From assembly GCA_965233585.1 (NCBI GenBank), contig CBDDTI010000232.1, forward strand, positions 1 to 16,639: DNA of 16,639 nt, given 5' to 3'. Of this stretch, positions 9,962 to 16,639 are shown one piece after another. Position 1 is the stretch's first letter, and each line of letters starts with the position of its first letter. Below the pieces are notes generated by a model. It worked only from the letters and a program-made list of their open reading frames with translations. It was not told where the DNA came from and searched no databases. The stretch comes from a bacterium. Lineage in GTDB: Bacteria; SAR324; NAC60-12. A program made the translations under genes and the position numbers.

Positions 9962-11029
9962 CAGGGCTCGAAATAATTTCTGGAGAGTCTCCGGACACGA
10001 TGACCAGCCAAATTCATTTTAACCCAGTCACGTACCGTTTCTGGCTGGTCAAATTATATAAAATAAACAACTCTTAAAACAGGGGCCCATGAACCAAAAC
10101 TGGCATTATATATTTCCAAAAAAGTTGTTGCTTAGAGCTTACAGCACTTTAAAGCAATCATTGTCATCAACAAAAGTAAATTAGAGCAGCAAAATGTCTA
10201 AGTTTATGTGTATTAATACATGTAGGTACACTGTCTGCAAGAGTAAAGACTACCGGTAACCCACAGCACGTTAAATATTGTTATTGTACACATTTTGTAA
10301 ATAAGAAAATGCACAGTAAATGCCTCCACATATAATGATTTCTGGTGTATGTATCACGGTGTGAGATCTTGATCCTAAAACTCCACCAGTAATCCAAGTT
10401 ACTCCTCATTACAAGAGAAGAAAAATTTGTATTCATTGAGAAAAGCTTAGCAATCAGGCATTTTAACTCAGGTGTGCTGGAAGAGTGTGAACCCTGATGT
10501 ATATTTCAATGCCTGAATTGTAAACAACAGTTCTTGTTGCATTTCAACCAGGATTTCAGATCAAAGTTCCGCAAATGACAATACACAGCGACTTGCTACA
10601 TGTTCAACTGAAACAACTAAACAGCATGGAAATTTTTCTTTATTTCATTTTCAAAACAATCAAATGTGACCGGTCAACATGACTGGCAGGACGAAAGGTT
10701 GACCAGTCAACTCAGGGGCGTAGCTACCTGTACGCAAATACGCAATTGCGTACCTGAAAATAATAATAAAAAAATAAATAAATAAATAAATAAATAAAAT
10801 AAAAAAATAAATAAAAAAATATATTTCAAATATATTTATATTTATATATTTGAAATAAAAGACACGTGAATCGAAAATGACTTTGATCTTTTTTTTTTGG
10901 GGGGGGGGGGGGGGGTGAAGAGGTGAGATGGAAAACTGTGGGTACCTACGGAAAAATCCTGGCTACGCCCCTGCAACTCCCAAATCAGTTCGGACATTGT
11001 CCGTTGACTGGCCGTTATTTTGAGCCCTG
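9962..11029. mobile_element. Non-autonomous DNA transposon, hAT5-like (5-bp TSD)
   Basis: TIRs CAGGGCTCGAAATAA / TTATTTTGAGCCCTG (14/15); TSD CCTGA at 9957-9961 and 11030-11034; subterminal TGACC(A/G)G motifs. Confidence 0.85.
10713..10973. mobile_element. MITE nested in the previous element (5-bp TSD)
   Basis: Perfect 12-bp TIRs CAGGGGCGTAGC / GCTACGCCCCTG; TSD CAACT at 10708-10712 and 10974-10978; interior of (AATA)n, T-run and G-run. Confidence 0.9.
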
Positions 11030-11255
11030 CCTGATATAACCAGACCTGGCAACCCCTGACAAGAGAAGATCTGGAGACCCGGGAACTCAGCATGAAACTG
11101 GGGTTCAGTTAATCCCGGTTAACTAAAACGCTGTATAAAATTATTAGCAGAGGCTTGAGAACTAGGCAAAACGGTATACACCACTGACAAATGGGACTGT
11201 ACAGTACAAAGTGTAATAGTGCAATGTTCTGCTTTATTAGTTTATTAGTTTAGAC

Positions 11256-11332
11256 ACATGACCAGACCCAGCTTGGGTTCTTTCTCTCTCGCTCCGGGGG
11301 ACGGGAAGGAGAGAACCCTGGCAACGAGGTTG
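11256..11332. repeat. Fragment of a short GC-rich interspersed element ending ...ACCCTGGCAACGAGGTTG
   Basis: GC-rich island with a terminus resembling a common cnidarian short repeat (from recall); the partner terminus is not seen. Confidence 0.45.
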
Positions 11333-11414
11333 CCAAAACACCCAGACAGACACTATTTCTCACCATTCCTTCATCTGAATCAAAATGGCGGCCATTTTGC
11401 ATGAAAGACTGTTA

Positions 11415-11976
11415 TGTACCAGTCAAATCGAAGCTTCAACATCCCTCCCCCGGGCAATCCCCTGGGCATTTGAATTTTTGGAAAATTTTTGTTCAAATTT
11501 CCCCCTTCACCGGGCTGAAAAGCGGTTCAAATGTCCCCAGCCCCAGGAAAATTACCAGATTACTATTCAAACTTTTCAGTAGCTTCTATTATGCTTCTGA
11601 AGCTGTGCATTGAAACATGATTTAATAGACAACACATATTTATATACTATAAATATAAATCGTTCTTAAATACCTTCAAATACGGAACACAGCTTGTGTA
11701 GGCCTTTGGTTTTCAACCAATCCGCAACAAATATGTAATCTATTCCTTTGAATTCATCAAAGTTTGAGATCTCCGCCGTCTCTGCCATGATTTATCAACC
11801 CACGTGAAATCAGTGCGGCTCATAACATGACATCGAGGCTAACGATCAAATTCCCCACCCTCTAAGGGTGGTGACTAAGTTCTCTCTCTCCTGGGCAAGA
11901 AAAGGCGTGAAATGCCAATGGTATGCCGGGGGGGGGGGGGGGGGGGCGATGTTCAAGCGTCGATTCGACTGGTACA
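11415..11976. mobile_element. Complete PIF/Harbinger-like MITE
   Basis: TIRs of about 29 bp, TGTACCAGTCAAATCGAAGCTTCAACATC / GATGTTCAAGCGTCGATTCGACTGGTACA; TTA TSD at 11412-11414 and 11977-11979. Confidence 0.9.
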
Positions 11977-12195
11977 TTATTTGACCTGGCTTTCCACGCT
12001 TATTGAAAAGTTAATAAAACCCTACAGAATCACTGTTCTTCCAAACACAGGAAAATCAGCGATTAGAGAGAGAGGAATGAATTATTATAGATTGAAGTAA
12101 GGTTATTGTTTTAACATAAGCCTATACAGCAGCTCAACAACATCAACATTTACCAAGCACGTCCTTATTATAAACACAAGACGATCGATTCCTAC

Positions 12196-12368
12196 CTATC
12201 GCTGTTCAGGCATGTATATTGATTTCCGACACCGTAGTACTTTCTTGACAGGTAGGCGTACGTTTCCCGCTGCCGTGCCATCGCATCTTCTCCGTACTTT
12301 TATTCCAAAAGCCGCCGCCGTCGCTTTCGTTTCTTTCGTTCTTTGAGCGTTCGCTTTCTTTTCTCCAT
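12196..12368 (-). pseudogene. Putative first coding exon of the kinase gene (polybasic N-terminus, premature stop)
   Basis: ATG at 12368: MEKRKRTLKERKKRKRRRRLLE*KYGEDAMARQRETYAYLSRKYYGVGNQYTCLNSD; donor AG|gtagga is phase 2, compatible with the acceptor at 9888. TAA at 12300-12302. Confidence 0.6.
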
Positions 12369-12823
12369 AGTATTGTCCCTGATAAGTCTTTAATATGGCA
12401 AATTACATGTGGCGAAGCTTCAAGCAAAGACCGATTTTCTGCAAGCGATATTTCCCGCTCCCCTCGCTCCCGATCCCCGCGAAATTAAACAAAACCGCTG
12501 ACATAATTTACTGCCGTCCTTGAGTCGTTGCGTGACTTATATTTACTAACCAGGGCTGGGCTAGTATGCAATAAATGCAATTACTCCAGTCTTACACTGC
12601 TTTCGGAGAGTAAATTCGTCTTAAACAAGCACTAAAACAAAAATAATTGCTTCGTAGCTAATATATTGCATGGTTGTCATGAAAATGAAGGCGAAACATT
12701 CTCCACTGCCATGAACACTTCTCCCTTACCTCCCCCAAGGGTGTAAATTAGTATTTGCGCGCCACGATATGTTGCATAAATTATTGCTAGCTGACGGTTG
12801 GAAATATTAAAACTGAGCACGAA
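12369..12823. promoter_or_regulatory. Putative bidirectional promoter / 5' UTR region
   Basis: 455 bp between divergent ATGs (12368 minus, 12824 plus), within a relatively CpG-rich zone at about 12180-13050. Each ATG is followed by a splice donor. Confidence 0.5.
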
Positions 12824-13219
12824 ATGGCGGAGATTACCGACGATCAAGCTGTTCTTCTGGAGAGAGCACTGCGAACAAATAAGAAAGTTATAGCGGAGAA
12901 CAAAACAGTCACGGCCGACTGCCACGTAAAAAGCAGAAAGTCTAAGTTCCCCCAAGTTGTCGGGTAAGTATTTCGAAAGCACTTTAATGTTTTGAGAATT
13001 GCTAAATTTTAACTTTGTTGTCGACGGTTGGTTCCACGCTGTCGACGCCATAGATATTTCTTATTCAAACTGCAGTTCTCGATTATATGCCCGATTTCTA
13101 AAGCTTTAATGCTGTAGGCTTAAATAAATTTCCATCCTCTCGTTATCATGCTTTCTTTCAGTTCGCCTAATCATAAGCAAAATATATCAGAAAAATCAAA
13201 TATAATGTCAGCTTTAATT

Positions 13220-13930
13220 GGCCCTGTTTACAAGGAGGTAACACTGGCTAGGGAGTTGAAAGATAGCCAGGGTTTACAAGCAAAATTTACAGGTAGGGTA
13301 CTGTCCGAGACAACTTTTATACGCTTGTTATTGCGCTTCTGTTACCTTGTATTAAAGTAAAAGTACAAACAGATAACAAAACTGGAGAATAATTTAATTC
13401 CAAAGCAAAAATATGACAAATTGTGAAATAACCTGATGTTTTCTGGGTCATAATTTCGCTGATTTTGTCGGTATTGTGTTTATATTTTGCTTTTGAGAGC
13501 CAAAATAGAGTTGTCTCGGGTACTGTTGGTTGAGTTGTCCCTAGCAGAGCATTTACAAGGCAGCTAGAGTTCAGGGGTTTCATTAAGTTTTTGTGCAGGA
13601 GGTCAGTGGGGTTTTTCAGCTGGGCATTTTTAGTTTTTCTTGTGAAAGAAAGTAGGAAGAGAAGACGAAAACAGCCGCAGAAATTGATGGCTAAGTCTCG
13701 TTCACAGCCGGTCAATTTGCCTGGTGCCTGGCCCTTAATGAACCCCTTGAGAGTTACCCTAGTGCCAGGGTAACTCTAGCAGCTAGGGTTACCCTAGCGC
13801 TAGGGTAGCCTTTAGGCTAGCTGTCTTGTAAATAAGTGATTGAAAATAAGAAATGTGCCAGTGCCCGGGTAACCCTCTTGCTAGGGTAACCCTAGCACTT
13901 GGGATACCATACCTACTTGTAAACAGGGCC
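13220..13930. mobile_element. Harbinger/Tourist-like MITE with GGGTAACCCTAG subterminal repeats
   Basis: Perfect 15-bp TIRs GGCCCTGTTTACAAG / CTTGTAAACAGGGCC; right flank TTA, left flank ATT (imperfect TSD); multiple CTAGGGT(A/T)ACCCTAG palindromes at about 13750-13900. Confidence 0.85.
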
Positions 13931-14672
13931 TTAAATTATCGTGAGAGCAAAATAATCCAGGCACTAAATGCATCGTGGGTAAATTGTGCTAGCTATCTTG
14001 TGTAAAATATAAAGGTTTGTGTGGCAATTGAGAGCCAAAAAATCCACACTCGATATTGTATATTTTTGTAACTTGCTCCATCGAAGAAGCAATGAAATAA
14101 ACTTCTAAACCATAGCCTTTAGAAGAGTTACCTTGTTGCTTCTTTACATTAGTAATTATAACATAGCACGCATGCTAGTCCTATCTAAATCCTATTGAGC
14201 CAGCATGAACAAAATCTTTATGTACGCACGGCCGTGCTCAATAAAATGATATGTGCAGTTTCATTTCAGCTGTAAAATTTGCTTCGAGTTTAGTGCGAGT
14301 TCTTTTTGTTTATGTTTTGGCAATATGAAGATTATTCTGAACAATCCAAACCCTACTTCGAGCCTTTGACTTTTGCCTGGCAAAGATGTTTACTTCAATG
14401 TGAGTATTTTGACTTTGTTTGTCTCCATTTTCACTGAGTATTTGTACTTTGTTTGGCGACGTTTTCATTATAATTTTGCTTAATTCGACGAAGCAAATTT
14501 TTCATTGACAATTTTAGAGACTGCATTTTCGTTCAACTGTTGCTAAACTGATTGTGTCGTATTAGGATAATAGAGACCTTTGTTTTCCTTTGCCATGTAT
14601 CATGAGAACTAATTGTGGTCAATCAGAAATAAAACATGTTTTTGTGCCCAAGTTGTTGTGGCCATGTTATAA

Positions 14673-14867
14673 AAGAATTGGTTCATGCTCTTAGCTGTGC
14701 GTATATCGAGTTATGGATGCACTTGGGAAGTTTGGAGAGCACTCAAGAAGCTAAAGTTGCTCTCGGCTGCGCCTTGAGCAACTCTTGCGCTTCTTCGATC
14801 GTGCCCTCCAAACTTCCCACGTGCATCCATAACTCGGTATACGCACGCTAAGCATGAACCAATTCTT
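14673..14867. mobile_element. Fold-back (whole-length hairpin) MITE
   Basis: AAGAATTGGTTCATGC / GCATGAACCAATTCTT termini; the arms stay complementary (GAGTTATGGATGCAC / GTGCATCCATAACTC; GGGAAGTTTGGAG / CTCCAAACTTCCC) to a central loop near 14765. Confidence 0.9.
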
Positions 14868-15022
14868 AAGTTTATCTTAGATTTGAAATTTGAATGACCA
14901 AATTATATGACTAATAAATATTTGAGTAAGATTTTTGGAATTTCAGTTATTGTTACTATGCAAACCTTTGTGTTTTACTCATGTTGCCCGATTACAGAGG
15001 AAGCATTGTAAGAGGGTCTTTA

Positions 15023-15266
15023 AGGCCCATTCAAATGGCCATGATAGTTGATGATAGTTCCAAATATCATCCACTATAATCCGCTTGGTCAAACGGAAAA
15101 AGAACTAGCAATCGAAAACTATCATGTCGAATTTGAACATGTCCAAACTGCATGATAGTCACTGTTAGTTGATGATGGTGAATGATAGTTCATATTAAAT
15201 CATGCATGATAGTTGAAACTATCGTCAACTATCATGAATGAAATATCATGATTGTTGAACAGGCCC
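15023..15266. mobile_element. Harbinger-like MITE with ATGATAGTT subrepeats
   Basis: Imperfect TIRs AGGCCCATTCAA / TTGAACAGGCCC; TTA TSD at 15020-15022 and 15267-15269; many ATGATAGTT/AACTATCAT units in both orientations. Confidence 0.8.
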
Positions 15267-15410
15267 TTAGTGTGGGATGTTCCACTTTCTGTCGGACCCC
15301 CACCCAGCTAAAGATGGTGAGTTTTTGCTAAAGGGGGTAAGATTTTTGTTCAAAGGAACATCATAGCTTGAAGGGGTCTCTGATTTTTTTAAAGGTGCTG
15401 AAAGGTTTTG

Positions 15411-15628
15411 GAGGCTAACCACCATCAGGTCAGTGCTATTTAGGCTAATCAGAGTGTTAGTCAAGCTAACTGGAATGCTATTAGGCTAACTGCAATACTT
15501 GTCAATTTTACCAGTTGAAATTGAATAATTAAAAAGCGCTATGTGGTAAGCCAAAAATATCATTCCAGTTAGCCTGAATAACACTCTGGTTAGCCTGAAT
15601 AGCACTGACTCGATGGTGGATAGCTCTC
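15411..15628. mobile_element. MITE-like element with ~67-bp inverted arms
   Basis: 15411-15477 is the imperfect reverse complement of 15561-15628; the arms are built of ~21-bp units containing AGGCTAAC. Confidence 0.75.
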
Positions 15629-16619
15629 ACTAATAACATCGTAAGGGATAACCCATTGATTCTTTAAGGGGCTTTGTTAAAGGGTCAGTTGACCCGGGTC
15701 AGTGTTACATTTTCCTATAGTTTTGGGATTTCAATGTGCAAGTCAATCAAAGTGTTTGACATCACTTTCTCCACTTACCAATACAATTAAATGAAAAATG
15801 ATGCACATTCTAATGGCATTTATTTCTCTTTAAGCGTACATGTACCATGCAAAAAGTGTATAGCACTCTGTCTGAGAGAGATGATTTCAGTGGCTTTCAT
15901 CTTGAATACAGGTAAAGAAGCTCATAGTTTGCCAGATATAATATTTCATAAGCACATATCTCATCAAGTTTGTGATACTTTTATTAACAACAGCCCACCA
16001 AGTCTGTGGTTGTTATAACCTTTAAAAGTTCATGAATTTTAGGACTTTAAATCTCAAATTACCATTAAGGACAGTAATGGCTTATGAACATACATGTTAA
16101 GTATATGATCAATAAATTTATTTATTGTTTTTGTGTGTGCTGGTTAGCCACCCTTGGTACTGTCATGATAATCAGAATTGTTAAAAACAAAACGAAAGTC
16201 TTATTGAAGGTGAAGAGTTCCATACCAGTTATTGAGAGCAAACACCATACTTCAAAAGCAATAAATAAGCTGATCATTCACTTTTATAGAAGGGATAATA
16301 AATACATTTACACAAGCAAAAGGGATTTTAAACTACTCTGAGAGGGAAAAACGACACTTAAACAAGTTTACAGTGTATGTACAGAACCTCGTGACTACTT
16401 GGTTGATTAAGGATTTAGAAACCTAATTTACAGTATGGAATTTTTGAGGCCAAAATCAGACAATAATTGAATCATGGCCTTGGTGACAAAGAGCAATGAG
16501 AGACAGCAGTACCGGTATTATTTTAGGCTAGATCAAACATGTGTATACATCCATAACCAACAACAGTACAATGATAAGGTGCTGTTGAAATATGCTATGG
16601 AATACTTAAGCTGTGAAGT

Positions 16620-16639
16620 ATCAGTTGTTGTTTTTATAG
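16620..16639 (+). other. Possible 3' splice acceptor at the window edge
   Basis: The window ends gttgttgtttttatag, a T-rich tract followed by TAG; it could precede a further exon of the 12824 gene. Confidence 0.35.

Larger units (their letters stand above)
12824..16341 (+). pseudogene. Spliced gene or pseudogene of unknown function; join(12824..12963,15835..15911,16148..16341)
   Basis: gaaATGGCG start, MAEITDDQAVLLERALRTNKKVIAENKTVTADCHVKSRKSK.., donor CGG|gtaagt. Exon 2 has a CTAAT branch site, tttctctttaag| and CAG|gtaaag; exon 3 follows ctggttag|. As spliced the frame is open for 136 aa, but the middle probably reads in a shifted frame. Coding-like sequence continues past the TGA at 16339-16341. 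Confidence 0.55.

Noticed and set aside
10842..15464. ORFs at 10842, 11385, 11401, 11912, 13148, 13317, 13591, 14636 and 15267
   Set aside because: They lie in or across MITEs and homopolymer runs; chance open frames with no domain signal.

Overview
AT-rich, intron-containing animal genomic DNA, most likely from a stony coral or other anthozoan (inferred from the style of the MITE families, not from a search). No intact long protein-coding gene, RNA gene or CRISPR array is visible. The window opens with a 5'-truncated, decayed CRE-clade non-LTR retrotransposon (minus strand, 47-1125; CCHC knuckle plus restriction-like endonuclease), flanked on both sides by (AAT)n tracts. A phase-compatible 3-exon small ORF follows (2178-3801, +). 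From about 5.1 kb to the end lies a tightly packed set of spliced but decayed genes in alternating orientation: an unknown Cys-containing gene (+, about 5767-8182), a protein kinase pseudogene with a very basic N-terminus (-, 8292-12368) and a head-to-head partner gene (+, 12824-16341 or beyond). I suspect this block is the cargo of a large dead mobile element, but no transposase or termini are visible. About ten non-autonomous DNA transposons (Harbinger-like with TTA TSDs, nested hAT5-like with 5-bp TSDs, hairpin MITEs) sit mostly in the introns. Seven TACATGTA octamers, matching the classic Tc1 excision footprint, occur in the window; five lie inside the decayed exons as apparent in-frame 6-nt insertions.
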